Source of the DNA: an uncultured Peptostreptococcaceae bacterium
Lineage (GTDB): Bacteria; Bacillota; Clostridia; Peptostreptococcales; BM714
Length of the DNA: 64,000 bases
Direction: 5' to 3'
NCBI GenBank assembly: GCA_964617505.1
Contig: CAZTZB010000001.1
Span: 46,977 to 110,976 of the forward strand
Shown here: one piece after another, positions 9,134 to 19,686 of the stretch
Position numbering within the stretch: position 1 is the stretch's first letter
Layout of the letters: every line of letters starts with the position of its first letter
The notes under the pieces: model-generated
Seen by the model: only the letters and a program-made list of their open reading frames with translations
The model's database searches: none
What the model was told of the DNA's origin: nothing
Translations under genes and position numbers: made by a program

Positions 9134-11197
9134 TTATTTTAAAACTTCTTCTTTTACATAATCACATGTATCATTTGTACATTTAATGGATGTTTTTTTA
9201 CCACTCGTTTTTTCAACCAATAGAGAATCGCATTTTGGACAAGGCTCTTTTAACGGTTTATCCCAGGTACTAAAATCACATTTGGGATAATTAAGACAAC
9301 CATAGAATATGCGGCCTTTTTTTGTTTTTCTTTCGACAATATCGCCACCGCATTTTGGGCATTTTACTCCTGTCTTCATTACTATTGATTTGGTATTGCT
9401 GCATTCGGGATAATTTGAACATGCTAAAAATCTCCCAAATCTGCCATGCTTTATTACCATTGAGCTTCCACATTTTTCGCAAATTTCATCTGTTTCTTCT
9501 GTAAGGTCTACTTTTTCAATTGCTTCATCTGCTGATTTTAAAGTTATGGAAAATGGTCCATAAAACTCTTCCACTACTTTACGCCAAGAGACTTCACTTG
9601 CTTCGATTCTATCAAACTCAGCTTCAAGATTTGCAGTAAATTCCACATCAACTATTTGTTTAAAATAATTTTCCATTATTTCATTTATTGTTAGGCCCAA
9701 TTCAGTCGGATAAAGAATCTTTTTATCTCTTCGAACATACCCTCTTGAAATTATTGTTGTTATTGTTGGCGAATAGGTACTCGGCCTTCCAATACCATTT
9801 TCCTCCATAGCTTTTACTAAAGTTGATTCCGAAAATCTTCCCGGCGGCTGGGTGAAATTTTGTTTATCTTCAATATTTATTTGTTTAAGAATTTCACCTA
9901 CATTCAAATCCGGTAGTTCAACATCCTTTACATTAGTATATGAATATACCTTTAAAAATCCGTCAAACTTCAATTTCATTCCATTAGCTTTGAATAAATA
10001 TTCTCCATTTACTATCCCCAATTGATAAGCATCGCTTATAGAATCAGCCATTTGACTAGCAAGGAATCTTTCCCAAATGAGTTTGTAAATTTTGTACTGA
10101 TCAGTTTTTAATTGTGATTTTATATCATCGGGTACAACTGCCACATTTGTGGGACGTATTGCTTCATGAGCGTCTTGCACAGATTTTCCATTTTGCGAAG
10201 TTTTGCCACCTTCTTTTTTTATATACATTTCTCCATAGTTTTCTAAAATATGTTCTCTAGCCATATCTTTGGCAAAATCCGAAATTCTTGTTGAATCTGT
10301 TCTGATATATGTTACAAGTCCTACTGTTGTTTTACCAATTTGAATGCCCTCATACAATTGTTGCGCAACCATCATAGTTCTTTTTGTTGAAAACCCAAAT
10401 TTATTTGCAGCATCTTGCTGCAGGCTGCTGGTTGTAAAAGGTTTGTATGGAGAACGCCTTTTCACCTTTTCATCTGAAGAATCAACGCGATATTCATCAT
10501 TTTTCAATGAATCCAAAATGATTTTCATTTCATCTGTATTATTGATTTTGATTTTTCCATTTTTGTTCCCATAAAAAACAGCCTCAAAAGATTTTTTTAC
10601 TTCAGGCTGCAAGGTTACATTAAGAGTCCAATATTCTTCAGGGATAAAATTCATTATTTCATTTTCTCTATCGCATATCATTTTTGTCGTTACAGACTGT
10701 ACTCTTCCTGCGCTTAATCCTTTTCTCATTTTTCTCCATAGCAAAGGACTTATGCTGTAACCTACAATACGATCTAGCACTCTTCTTGCTTGTTGTGCAT
10801 CTACCAACTTTTTGTCAATTTTTCGTGGAACTTTTATAGCTTTCTTTATTGTTTCCTTTGTTATTTCGTTGAATTCAACACGGCAAACATCGTCTTCTTG
10901 AATCGACAATGCTTTTGCCAAGTGCCAGGAGATAGCTTCGCCTTCTCTATCTGGGTCAGTTGCAAGAAAAACCTTGTCTGCTTTTTTGGCTTCACTTCTT
11001 AATTCCTTTAGAATTTTCCCCTTGCCTCGTATAGTGATATATTCAGGTTCAAAATTATTTTCGAAATCAACACCCATCTTGCTTTTAGGTAAATCTCTTA
11101 CATGTCCAACTGAAGCCTTTACTTTATAATTGCTTCCTAAAAATTTTGATATAGTTTTTGCTTTAGCTGGAGACTCTACAATTACTAGATTTTTCAT
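9134..11197 (-). CDS. topA: DNA topoisomerase I
   Basis: 687 aa. Toprim N-terminus LVIVESPAKAKTI and C-terminal Cys4 zinc ribbons (CEKCG, CPKCGG, CPKCD). Confidence 0.96.
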   Translation of the reverse strand: MKNLVIVESPAKAKTISKFLGSNYKVKASVGHVRDLPKSKMGVDFENNFEPEYITIRGKGKILKELRSEAKKADKVFLATDPDREGEAISWHLAKALSIQEDDVCRVEFNEITKETIKKAIKVPRKIDKKLVDAQQARRVLDRIVGYSISPLLWRKMRKGLSAGRVQSVTTKMICDRENEIMNFIPEEYWTLNVTLQPEVKKSFEAVFYGNKNGKIKINNTDEMKIILDSLKNDEYRVDSSDEKVKRRSPYKPFTTSSLQQDAANKFGFSTKRTMMVAQQLYEGIQIGKTTVGLVTYIRTDSTRISDFAKDMAREHILENYGEMYIKKEGGKTSQNGKSVQDAHEAIRPTNVAVVPDDIKSQLKTDQYKIYKLIWERFLASQMADSISDAYQLGIVNGEYLFKANGMKLKFDGFLKVYSYTNVKDVELPDLNVGEILKQINIEDKQNFTQPPGRFSESTLVKAMEENGIGRPSTYSPTITTIISRGYVRRDKKILYPTELGLTINEIMENYFKQIVDVEFTANLEAEFDRIEASEVSWRKVVEEFYGPFSITLKSADEAIEKVDLTEETDEICEKCGSSMVIKHGRFGRFLACSNYPECSNTKSIVMKTGVKCPKCGGDIVERKTKKGRIFYGCLNYPKCDFSTWDKPLKEPCPKCDSLLVEKTSGKKTSIKCTNDTCDYVKEEVLK

Positions 11198-11263
11198 TTA
11201 ATCACCTTTTCTTTCAGCAGTGAGACCTATTATAACAGATTATTGTATAATTTTCAAAATCTT

Positions 11264-12322
11264 TTACAATTTTATGCAATATTTATTTCCTGACTCAATA
11301 TAAATTTTGTTTTTAATCATAAGCAACATAATAGCGGCTTTTATTTCGTTTACACTCATTAGCTTATATGAAAGAAGTTTATCAATATGTATCGGACCTT
11401 CAAATTCGATTATTTTAAGTAAATCTCTTTCTGCATCAGTCATTCCAGTTTCCGCAAGTTTTTCAAGAGGTGTCAAGGTATGTTTTTTAGAAAAAATAGA
11501 TATTACTTCGTTTATATCCACCAAACATTCCGCACCCTGCTTTATTAGTATATTGGATCCTTTTCCACAAGCTCCCAAAATTCCACTTGGAACAGCGTAT
11601 ACTTCTTTCCCCTGTTCGAGTGCAAAATCAGCCGTAATCAATGCACCGCTTCCAATTCCGGCTTCAATGACAATTACAGCGTCTGACAAACCGCTAATAA
11701 TTCTGTTCCTTCTAGGAAAATTATACGGCATCGGTTTAGTGCCAACGCTAAATTCTGTTAGAAGCAAGCCTTCTTTTGCAATACGATCATGCAGTGTTTT
11801 GTTTTTTGCAGGATAACAATTATCAATTCCAGTACCCATTACGGCAACAGTTTTTCCTCCACCAGCCAAGGCTCCTATATGCGCGCTTGAATCAATGCCG
11901 TATGCCATTCCACTTATAACCGCAATTCCCGATTCTGCAAGTCCTTTTGCAAAGTCATAGGCTACTTGTCTTCCATAATTGCTACATTTTCTTGAACCAA
12001 CTATTGCAACGCATGGGCAATCATTAATTATTCCGAAATCTCCCTCATAAAATAAGATTAAAGGCGGGTCATAAATTTCCTTTAATTTTTCAGGAAAATT
12101 GTTTTCGCCAATATCCAAGAATGAAATTTTTTTATTTATTATATTTCTCTTATATTCGAGATATTCGTTATCATCTATAGTCTCGTTTGCCATTAAAGTC
12201 AATTTATTGAGGCAAAGCTTGCGTTTTTCTATTGATGAATTATTTAGATGTTCAGTTATTAATGCATTGATTTCTTTGTTCCTTTTACCAAAATAATTGA
12301 TTTTTAGATAATCTTCACGCAT
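11264..12322 (-). CDS. dprA: DNA processing protein DprA/Smf
   Basis: Core VAIVGSRKCS...GMAYGIDSSAH. Start moved to the ATG at 12322 (GAGGGTG 6 nt upstream), which removes the overlap with comM. Confidence 0.88.
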   Translation of the reverse strand: MREDYLKINYFGKRNKEINALITEHLNNSSIEKRKLCLNKLTLMANETIDDNEYLEYKRNIINKKISFLDIGENNFPEKLKEIYDPPLILFYEGDFGIINDCPCVAIVGSRKCSNYGRQVAYDFAKGLAESGIAVISGMAYGIDSSAHIGALAGGGKTVAVMGTGIDNCYPAKNKTLHDRIAKEGLLLTEFSVGTKPMPYNFPRRNRIISGLSDAVIVIEAGIGSGALITADFALEQGKEVYAVPSGILGACGKGSNILIKQGAECLVDINEVISIFSKKHTLTPLEKLAETGMTDAERDLLKIIEFEGPIHIDKLLSYKLMSVNEIKAAIMLLMIKNKIYIESGNKYCIKL

Positions 12323-12335
12323 TTCTTCACCCTCT

Positions 12336-13871
12336 TCATATATTCCAATATTTTGTTTCAAGATTTCTATAGCTTAAAGCTTCCATCAAATGATTTGTTT
12401 CAATGTCTATGCTGCCTTCTATATCGGATATGGTACGAGCAAGCTTGATTATTTTATTATATGATCTTGCACTTAATCCCATTTTCTCAAACGCAGTTTC
12501 AAGCAATTTTTTCGATTCTGTGTTCAAATTGCAATAATGTTTAATTTGACGGTTGTTCATCTCTGAGTTGAGACTTATTTTAGCATTGATAAATCTTTTA
12601 TTTTGCCGTTCTCTTGCGTTTATCACTGATTCTCTTATTTGACTTGATGATATTGAGCGCTGTTCTTTACCATTCAATGCATCAAAGGCAACACTTGGAA
12701 CTTCTATGTGCATATCCATTCTATCAAGTATCGGTCCGGATATGCGGCTCATATAACGTCTTATATCGCCTATGCTGCATTTGCATTCATGATGGCTATC
12801 GCCATAATATCCACACGGGCATGGGTTCATGCTTGCAATAAGAACAAAATTTGATGGATATGTAATGCTTGAACTTACTCTTGTTATGGTAACCTTTTTG
12901 TCTTCCAATGGTTGTCTTAAAGCTTCAAGCGCTTTTCTTGAGAATTCAGGGAATTCATCAAGATATAGAACACCATGATTTGCTAAGGAAATTTCTCCTG
13001 GCCTAGGATGATTGCCCCCTCCTGTAAGAGAAACAGATGAAAGGGTATGGTGAGGACTCCGGAACGGCCGCTCAAGCATTATTGAACGGTTTTTCATAAG
13101 GCCTGCAATGCTATATATTTTTGTAACTTCCATAGCTTGCGATTCATCAAGAAATGGAAGTATTGTAGGATATCTTTTTGCCAACATTGTCTTGCCTGAT
13201 CCAGGGGGGCCAATCATAAGAAGATTATGATTTCCAGCCGCAGATATTTCAATAGCTCTTTTTGCATTCTCCTGTCCGTAAACTTCCGCATAATCACATT
13301 CGTAACTGCATTCACAATGCAAATCGCCGAATTCCGAAATATTCAACGGTTCAATTGTCTCCTCATCTTCTAAGAAATCAATCACCTCTTGCAAGTGCTT
13401 TACAGTATAAATCTCCATGCCATGTATGTATACTGCTTCATTTGCATTGCCATATGGTATGATTGCTTTTTTAACCGATAACTGAGTAAGAGCAATAAGC
13501 ATTGGCAGCAATCCATTTATACGATTTACTCTTCCATCAAGTGATAATTCGCCCAAAATAGCTATGTCTTTGAATTTACTGCAAGGTATACATTTGGATG
13601 CAGCAATAATACCTGCAGCAATCGGCAAATCAAAATGCGAACCAATTTTTTTTGTACTTGCCGGTGACAGATTAACCGTTATTCTTTTTACAGGAAAAAC
13701 AAAACCGGAGTTGTTTACAGCAGCGCGGATGCGGTCTTTGGATTCTTTTACTGCGGTATCCGGCAATCCGACGATGCTGAATGAAGGCAAACCATTTGAT
13801 ATGTCAGATTCACATTCGACAATCTCACCATCTATGCCTGTCAATGTGCAAGTTGCAATCTTTGCTAGCAT
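12336..13871 (-). CDS. comM: YifB/ComM family Mg-chelatase-like AAA+ ATPase
   Basis: 511 aa. Walker A GPPGSGKTM, ChlI-like core, Lon-like N-domain. Confidence 0.9.
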   Translation of the reverse strand: MLAKIATCTLTGIDGEIVECESDISNGLPSFSIVGLPDTAVKESKDRIRAAVNNSGFVFPVKRITVNLSPASTKKIGSHFDLPIAAGIIAASKCIPCSKFKDIAILGELSLDGRVNRINGLLPMLIALTQLSVKKAIIPYGNANEAVYIHGMEIYTVKHLQEVIDFLEDEETIEPLNISEFGDLHCECSYECDYAEVYGQENAKRAIEISAAGNHNLLMIGPPGSGKTMLAKRYPTILPFLDESQAMEVTKIYSIAGLMKNRSIMLERPFRSPHHTLSSVSLTGGGNHPRPGEISLANHGVLYLDEFPEFSRKALEALRQPLEDKKVTITRVSSSITYPSNFVLIASMNPCPCGYYGDSHHECKCSIGDIRRYMSRISGPILDRMDMHIEVPSVAFDALNGKEQRSISSSQIRESVINARERQNKRFINAKISLNSEMNNRQIKHYCNLNTESKKLLETAFEKMGLSARSYNKIIKLARTISDIEGSIDIETNHLMEALSYRNLETKYWNI

Positions 13872-13880
13872 ATAATCCCC

Positions 13881-14252
13881 CTATTCAATGAATATATTTT
13901 TTATATGATTAATTTCAATTTTTCCTTTTTCCCACTCTATAATTTCTACTGCATCAAATCTAAAATCATTTCCATTCAATTTGTTCGCAACTATAAAATG
14001 CTCGGATGTTCTAATTATTTTTTTCATTTTATATTTGTTGATATATTCTACAGGTCTTCCATAATCAATACCGGTACGCTTTTTTACTTCGACAAATACA
14101 TAATAGCCGTCAATGTCTTTCATAATAAGGTCTATTTCGCCCATTTTCGTACAATAATTCCTTTTTATAATTTGATATCCTTTACTAGTTAGATGATTTT
14201 CCGCCATACGTTCCCATTTTTTACCTAAGTTATTAACCTTTATCGCCTCCAA
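13881..14252 (-). CDS. YraN family endonuclease-like protein (UPF0102)
   Basis: 123 aa. GKKWERMAENHL...GEIDLI pattern. TTG start. 20-nt overlap with rnhB. Confidence 0.8.
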   Translation of the reverse strand: MEAIKVNNLGKKWERMAENHLTSKGYQIIKRNYCTKMGEIDLIMKDIDGYYVFVEVKKRTGIDYGRPVEYINKYKMKKIIRTSEHFIVANKLNGNDFRFDAVEIIEWEKGKIEINHIKNIFIE

Positions 14253-15027
14253 CTATACCCTTAATGAAACTTTTTCTATGTATATTAACAGGCCCATATT
14301 TCTTTAATGCTTCAATGTGTTCTGCTGTGCCGTATCCCTTATTTCTTTCGAAACCGTATGCCTTGAAATATCTGCTCATTTCAATCATTATGTGGTCTCT
14401 AATTACCTTTGCAATAATGGATGCTGCAGCTATAGATGCAGATTTTTCATCTCCTTTAATTATGGCGGTCTGCTCTATTTCTATATCGTCCAATTTCAAT
14501 GCATCTATAAGAAGATGGTCCGCTTTGCATTTCAATGCATCTACAGCTCTTTTCATAGATAATTTAGTAGCATTGAGTATATTTATTTCATCTATTTCCT
14601 TGGGGCTAGCCATTCCTATTGATACATCTATAGCATTTAGCATTATCTCGTGATAAAGCTTATTTCGCTTTCTTTCACTAAGTTTTTTTGAATCATTTAA
14701 ACCCTTAATTTGGCAATTTAGAGGCAACATAACTGCTGCGGAAACAACAGGGCCAGAAAGCGGTCCTCTGCCAACCTCATCAATGCCAGCTATAAATGAT
14801 ATTCCCTTACGATACAGATTAGTTTCATATTCATACATTGCTTTCAAACGAGATTTTTCGTTTTCAAATTTAAATAGTTTTGATGAAAGATTTTTACCTA
14901 TTTCGTTGACTGATTTTCTTTTGTCAATTTTAAGGGAGTTGCAAATAATTTCTATGTCCCAATTTTCCAAATCAAGCGCCGCAACATATTCCCTTATTTC
15001 CTTAATACTCATGGTATCATATTCCAT
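14233..15027 (-). CDS. rnhB: Ribonuclease HII
   Basis: 264 aa. GIDEVGRGPLSGPVV catalytic motif. Confidence 0.92.
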   Translation of the reverse strand: MEYDTMSIKEIREYVAALDLENWDIEIICNSLKIDKRKSVNEIGKNLSSKLFKFENEKSRLKAMYEYETNLYRKGISFIAGIDEVGRGPLSGPVVSAAVMLPLNCQIKGLNDSKKLSERKRNKLYHEIMLNAIDVSIGMASPKEIDEINILNATKLSMKRAVDALKCKADHLLIDALKLDDIEIEQTAIIKGDEKSASIAAASIIAKVIRDHIMIEMSRYFKAYGFERNKGYGTAEHIEALKKYGPVNIHRKSFIKGIVGGDKG

Positions 15028-15093
15028 ATGATCAACTCCTATATATGAATTATTCTATAATTATACCATAAAAAGGGAACAGCCACGTACTGG

Positions 15094-15945
15094 CTATTCC
15101 CCATCAAAACGATCAAGTATTATTCTACCGAGCCTTCCTCTTCTGTAGTCATCTACCAAAATTATAACTGCTCGATCTAAATCTATAACTCCACCCTTAA
15201 GTATGCATCCTCGCTTTTTTCCAATGTTTTCAATTATTTCTGTGATGCTTGCGGATTCGTCAATACCTTCATATCTGCCTGAAATAGAGCCACTGTAGTT
15301 TTCACGTAAAAAACTTATTAACCATCTTGCAGCCTCATTAAATGGTATCAATTCATCCTTTATTGCTCCGGAAAGAGCCAATTTAATAGCTGTATTTTGA
15401 TTTTCGAACTTTGGCCACAATATGCCTGGCGTATCGAACAATTCTATATCCTTTTTAATTCTAACCCATTGTTTCCCGCGTGTTACACCTGGCTTGTCAC
15501 CTGTTCTTGCACTTTTCTTTCCTACAAGCTTGTTTATAAGAGAAGACTTTCCAACATTGGGAATACCAATTATCATGATACGAATAGCTCTTTTCTTCAT
15601 TCCCTTTTTCTTTAGCTTTTCAAACAAACCTTGCGCGGCATCTTCAACCTCTTTTAGCAGTTCCTTTGTTCCTTCTCCGGTCATACTGTTTATATTTACA
15701 ACTTTAAATCCTTTTTCTTTATAAAAGTTTTGAAATTTATGCAAAACACGCGGATCTGCCAAATCTATTTTATTGATTGCAATAATCTTTGGCTTATTTA
15801 TAAAAAGAGAATCTATTTGCGGATTCTTGCTTGAAAACGGGAGCCTGGCATCGATGATTTCAATAACAACATCAACGAGTTTAATATTTTCCTGAATCAA
15901 TTCCCGTGTTTTCTTCATGTGACCTGGATACCAATTAATATTCAA
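15094..15945 (-). CDS. rbgA: Ribosome biogenesis GTPase A (YlqF)
   Basis: Circularly permuted GTPase (NKIDL ... GIPNVGKSSLIN ... DTPG). Start moved to the TTG at 15945, 8 nt after GGAGG. The ORF-call start lies inside the SD. Confidence 0.9.
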   Translation of the reverse strand: MNINWYPGHMKKTRELIQENIKLVDVVIEIIDARLPFSSKNPQIDSLFINKPKIIAINKIDLADPRVLHKFQNFYKEKGFKVVNINSMTGEGTKELLKEVEDAAQGLFEKLKKKGMKKRAIRIMIIGIPNVGKSSLINKLVGKKSARTGDKPGVTRGKQWVRIKKDIELFDTPGILWPKFENQNTAIKLALSGAIKDELIPFNEAARWLISFLRENYSGSISGRYEGIDESASITEIIENIGKKRGCILKGGVIDLDRAVIILVDDYRRGRLGRIILDRFDGE

Positions 15946-15960
15946 ATGTATTACCTCCAA

Positions 15961-15990
15961 TAAGAAAAAGGGACTGTTAAACAGCCCCTT
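15961..15990 (-). terminator. Terminator after rplS
   Basis: Minus RNA AAGGGGCUG-UUUAA-CAGUCCCUU (one G-U pair) followed by UUUUCUU. Confidence 0.7.
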
Positions 15991-15994
15991 TTTT

Positions 15995-16342
15995 CTAGTA
16001 TCTCTTTTCTTTAACTTTTGCTGCTTTACCTACGCGATCTCTAAGATAATAAAGTCTTGCTCTTCTAACTTTACCTTTTCTAACCACTTCGATTTTTTCA
16101 ATCTTAGGCGAATGCAACGGGAATGTTTTTTCGACCCCTACTCCGGAAGAAATTTTTCTTACCGTAAAGGTCTCTTTAATTCCGCCATTTTGTCTCTTAA
16201 GTACAATACCTTCATAAACCTGAATCCTTTGGCGTTTTCCCTCGATAACCTTGATAGATACTTTTACAGTATCACCAACTGAAAAAGTGGGCATATCTTG
16301 TTTAATCTGTTCTTGATCAAGCATATCAATTATTTTGCTCAT
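15995..16342 (-). CDS. rplS: 50S ribosomal protein L19
   Basis: Start at MSKIIDML with GAGGAGG upstream. Typical L19 sequence. Confidence 0.95.
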   Translation of the reverse strand: MSKIIDMLDQEQIKQDMPTFSVGDTVKVSIKVIEGKRQRIQVYEGIVLKRQNGGIKETFTVRKISSGVGVEKTFPLHSPKIEKIEVVRKGKVRRARLYYLRDRVGKAAKVKEKRY

Positions 16343-16412
16343 TGAACTACCTCCTCTCATATTAGATGTTCTTGCCTATTTAGCAGAGGACCATCTGTAG
16401 TCAACAAAGTGT

Positions 16413-16441
16413 ATTATATCATACATGATGCGTTTTGTTAA
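16413..16441 (-). promoter_or_regulatory. Putative internal promoter for rplS
   Basis: TTAACA (16441-16436, overlapping the trmD stop) - 17 nt - TATAAT (16418-16413), with TG at the extended -10 position. Followed by a leader of about 65 nt. Confidence 0.5.
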
Positions 16442-17184
16442 CAAGATTTACCTAAAATTTTAACAATACATTTTTTGAGCGATTTTTCTATGTTTTCATC
16501 CTTCATCAAAGCTTCTATGAGATCCGGGCGTTTTTTAATGGTTTCTTCTATGGCTTTTTCCAGACGCCACTCTTCTATTAGCTTGTGATTGCCTGATATC
16601 AATACATCCGGTACACTCATATCCCTGAAGACTTTTGGCCTTGTATAATGAGGATATTCCAGAAGCGATTTAAAACTGAAGCTTTCTTCTTCATATCCTT
16701 TTTCACTTTTTAATACTCCCTTTTGAAGTCTTGAAATCGCGTCAACAAGAACTATTGCAGGAAGTTCTCCGCCCGTTAAAACATAATCGCCAATCGATAC
16801 TTCAATATCTACCATTCTATCAATAAATCTTTGGTCAACACCTTCATAGTGGCCACATACAAGTATCAAATGTTCTTTTTCTGCCAATTCTACAACAAGT
16901 TCTTGATTAAGTTTTTTCCCTTTTGGCGAAAGATATATTTTAACTGCGTCTTTATAGCCATCCATACTTTCGATAGCCGAAAACAAAGGTTGTGGAGTAA
17001 AAACCATCCCTTCACCTCCACCATAGGGGGAGTCGTCAACCTGACTATGCTTGTTGTCTGCATAATCCCTTATGTTTACCGTCTTAACATTTATCAGATT
17101 TTGATTAACGGCTCTTCCGATAATGCTAGAATTTAAAAAAGGTTCAAATACCTCAGGAAAAAGAGTAAGTATATCAATTTTCAT
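16438..17184 (-). CDS. trmD: tRNA (guanine37-N1)-methyltransferase
   Basis: 248 aa, typical TrmD (DDSPYGGGEGMV, VCGHYEGVDQR). Confidence 0.95.
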   Translation of the reverse strand: MKIDILTLFPEVFEPFLNSSIIGRAVNQNLINVKTVNIRDYADNKHSQVDDSPYGGGEGMVFTPQPLFSAIESMDGYKDAVKIYLSPKGKKLNQELVVELAEKEHLILVCGHYEGVDQRFIDRMVDIEVSIGDYVLTGGELPAIVLVDAISRLQKGVLKSEKGYEEESFSFKSLLEYPHYTRPKVFRDMSVPDVLISGNHKLIEEWRLEKAIEETIKKRPDLIEALMKDENIEKSLKKCIVKILGKSC

Positions 17185-17684
17185 TAAAACATCCCCTCAA
17201 TCAATTCCACTTCAATGATGCCTTTTTTCAAATCAATTGATTTTACAAAATTTTTAACTGCCGGAATTTGTATCATCTTCCCATCTTCTTTTTTTACTAT
17301 ATAAATATCTTGGTAGGCATTCTGATTAACATCTGCTATTTTTCCAATAAATTTACCATTCTCATTAACGGATAGTCCAATTAAATCAAAAACATGGTAA
17401 GTATCTTCCGGAAGTTCTCTTAGCTGAGAATTATCAATATAGATATCGCTACCTTTAAATGATTCTATTTCATTTATATTATCATAATCTTCGAATTTAA
17501 GAATGGCAAGTGATTTTGCATATCGTATCCCCTCAATATTAAATCTTTCAATTCCATTACCGGTATCTATATAAACATAATCCAAATCTTCGAATCGCTC
17601 TACTTCATCAGTAAAATTTTTTGCCTTTACTTCACCATTTAAACCATGAGTATTTACTATTATACCGATTTTAATATATGACAT
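17184..17684 (-). CDS. rimM: 16S rRNA processing protein RimM
   Basis: 166 aa. N-terminal IKIGIIVNTHGLNGEVK. 1-nt overlap with trmD. Confidence 0.9.
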   Translation of the reverse strand: MSYIKIGIIVNTHGLNGEVKAKNFTDEVERFEDLDYVYIDTGNGIERFNIEGIRYAKSLAILKFEDYDNINEIESFKGSDIYIDNSQLRELPEDTYHVFDLIGLSVNENGKFIGKIADVNQNAYQDIYIVKKEDGKMIQIPAVKNFVKSIDLKKGIIEVELIEGMF

Positions 17685-17725
17685 TCTCTCACCATCCTAA
17701 TGTTTCAATATTTTATAAAAATGAA

Positions 17726-17757
17726 AATAGGATAAGCCCTTGGGCGCTTATCCTATT
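17726..17757 (-). terminator. Intra-operon hairpin (terminator/attenuator) between the KH gene and rimM
   Basis: Perfect 12-bp arms AATAGGATAAGC / GCTTATCCTATT with an 8-nt loop, followed on the minus strand by UUCAUUUUU. Overlaps the KH-gene stop. Confidence 0.55.
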
Positions 17758-17983
17758 GAATGATTTCCACAACGACTCTTTTATTTTCTCTTATAGCCGC
17801 CGCTTTAACAACAGTTCTTATCGCTTTGGCAATTCTGCCTTGTTTACCGATTACTTTCCCCATATCTTCAGGGGCAACCGAAAGTTCCACAATTAGTGAA
17901 TGAGAACCTTCGACTTCTTTGACAGTTACCATCTCAGGATTATCAACCAATGCCTTAGCAATGACTTTTACTAGTTCTCCCAC
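17753..17983 (-). CDS. KH-domain RNA-binding protein (YlqC/UPF0109)
   Basis: 76 aa. GKVIGKQGRIAKAIRTVV KH motif. Located between rpsP and rimM. Confidence 0.85.
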   Translation of the reverse strand: MGELVKVIAKALVDNPEMVTVKEVEGSHSLIVELSVAPEDMGKVIGKQGRIAKAIRTVVKAAAIRENKRVVVEIIQ

Positions 17984-18005
17984 GATTACACCTCCTGATG
18001 GATAG

Positions 18006-18284
18006 CTATGCTTTTTTAGCTTCTTTAGCTTCTTTAAATTTTTCTAAAATATTGTTTTTCTTAAGCAATACTCTTACTGTTTCAGTAGGTTGTGCTCCGT
18101 TAAGCAACCATTCAACAGCTTTTTCATCGTTGATCTTAACCTCTCCCGGGTCTTTCAAAGGATTGTAGTAACCTAATTCTTCGATGAATTTTCCATCTCT
18201 TGGAGATCTTGAATCAGCTACAACAATTCTATAAAAAGGTTTCTTTTTTGCACCCATTCTTTTTAATCTAATTTTTACGGACAT
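18006..18284 (-). CDS. rpsP: 30S ribosomal protein S16
   Basis: 92 aa. [31 protein letters not shown]. Confidence 0.96.
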   Translation of the reverse strand: MSVKIRLKRMGAKKKPFYRIVVADSRSPRDGKFIEELGYYNPLKDPGEVKINDEKAVEWLLNGAQPTETVRVLLKKNNILEKFKEAKEAKKA

Positions 18285-18331
18285 TTACTTCACCTCCTTG
18301 AAAATAATTATCTAAGCATAATATTATTTAT

Positions 18332-19669
18332 TTACATAAAAGGAATATTTAATCCTCTTTTGCCTTGTTTCTTGCCCATTCCTGAAAATTGCTTCATCAT
18401 CTTTTTTGTCTGAGCAAATTGTTTTAAAAGCTTGTTGACTTGTTGTACACTATTTCCACTTCCGGAAGCTATACGTTTTTTCCTTCCGCTGTTAATTATC
18501 TCTGGATTTGTACGTTCTTCCACAGTCATTGATTTTATTACAGACTCGATTCTTGTCAATTCGTTTTCATCGACCTTCAAATTTTTTAACTGTTTTCCAC
18601 CGATGCCAGGCATCATTTCCATAATTTGATCAATCGGCCCCATGTTTTTCATCTGTTCCATCTGATCCAAGAAATCGTTCAAATCAAAGCTTTGTTCTTT
18701 TATCTTTTTCTGAAGTTTTCTTGCACTGTCTTCAGAAAAGGTTTCTTGGGCCTTTTCTATAAGTGTCAGAACATCACCCATACCCAATATCCTTGAGGCC
18801 ATTCTCTCCGGATAAAATGCTTCTATTGAATCAAGTTTTTCACCTGTGCCTACAAATTTTATTGGTTTTCCTGTGACAGCTTTTACCGAAAGGGCTGCTC
18901 CTCCTCTTGTATCTCCATCAAGTTTTGTGAGCACGACACCTGATATCGAAAGATCTTTGTCAAAAGCCTCAGCAACATTTACGGCATCTTGTCCTGTCAT
19001 TGCATCTATTACAAGCAATATTTCCTTTGGATCAACAGCTTTTTTTATATCTATCAATTCATGCATTAATGCTTCATCAATATGCAGCCTTCCTGCTGTA
19101 TCAATAAGAACTATATCATGCCCTTTTCGCATTGCAAATTCGAGTGCCGCTTTAGAAATATTTTGCGGCAATGTTGAATCGCCCATTGAAAAAACCGGAA
19201 TATCCAATTTTTCACCTACAACTTGAAGCTGTTTTATTGCTGCAGGCCTATATATATCGCCTGCAACCAATAGGGGGTTCTTACCGGTCTTCTTAAAATA
19301 ACCGCCCAATTTCCCCGTTGTAGTCGTTTTCCCGGCGCCTTGCAAACCAACCATCATAATGACAGTGGGTTTTTTTGAAGAAAACTCGATTTTTGTCTCG
19401 CTTGTACCCATTAAAACCATCAATTCTTCATTTACAATTTTTATTACCTGTTGTCCAGGGGTAAGGCTCGTCATTACTTCTGATCCTATTGAACGTTCTG
19501 AGACCTTGTTTATGAATGATTTAACAATTTTATAGTTTACATCAGCTTCTAACAATGCGAGTTTAACTTCACGCATTGCCAATTTTATATCTTTTTCTGA
19601 AAGCTTCCCCTTGCCTTTCAGCTTATTTAATGAATTTTGAAGTTTTTCAGCAAGGCTTTCAAACAACAT
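18332..19669 (-). CDS. ffh: Signal recognition particle protein
   Basis: 445 aa. GLQGAGKTTTTGKL, DTAGR, and a Met-rich M domain. Confidence 0.96.
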   Translation of the reverse strand: MLFESLAEKLQNSLNKLKGKGKLSEKDIKLAMREVKLALLEADVNYKIVKSFINKVSERSIGSEVMTSLTPGQQVIKIVNEELMVLMGTSETKIEFSSKKPTVIMMVGLQGAGKTTTTGKLGGYFKKTGKNPLLVAGDIYRPAAIKQLQVVGEKLDIPVFSMGDSTLPQNISKAALEFAMRKGHDIVLIDTAGRLHIDEALMHELIDIKKAVDPKEILLVIDAMTGQDAVNVAEAFDKDLSISGVVLTKLDGDTRGGAALSVKAVTGKPIKFVGTGEKLDSIEAFYPERMASRILGMGDVLTLIEKAQETFSEDSARKLQKKIKEQSFDLNDFLDQMEQMKNMGPIDQIMEMMPGIGGKQLKNLKVDENELTRIESVIKSMTVEERTNPEIINSGRKKRIASGSGNSVQQVNKLLKQFAQTKKMMKQFSGMGKKQGKRGLNIPFM

Positions 19670-19686
19670 ACCGAATCCTCCTACTG

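Noticed and set aside
13201-13210. G6 run in comM as a possible slippage site.
   Set aside because: It encodes the Walker A GPPG codons (conserved protein motif), and its length is below usual phase-variation tracts.
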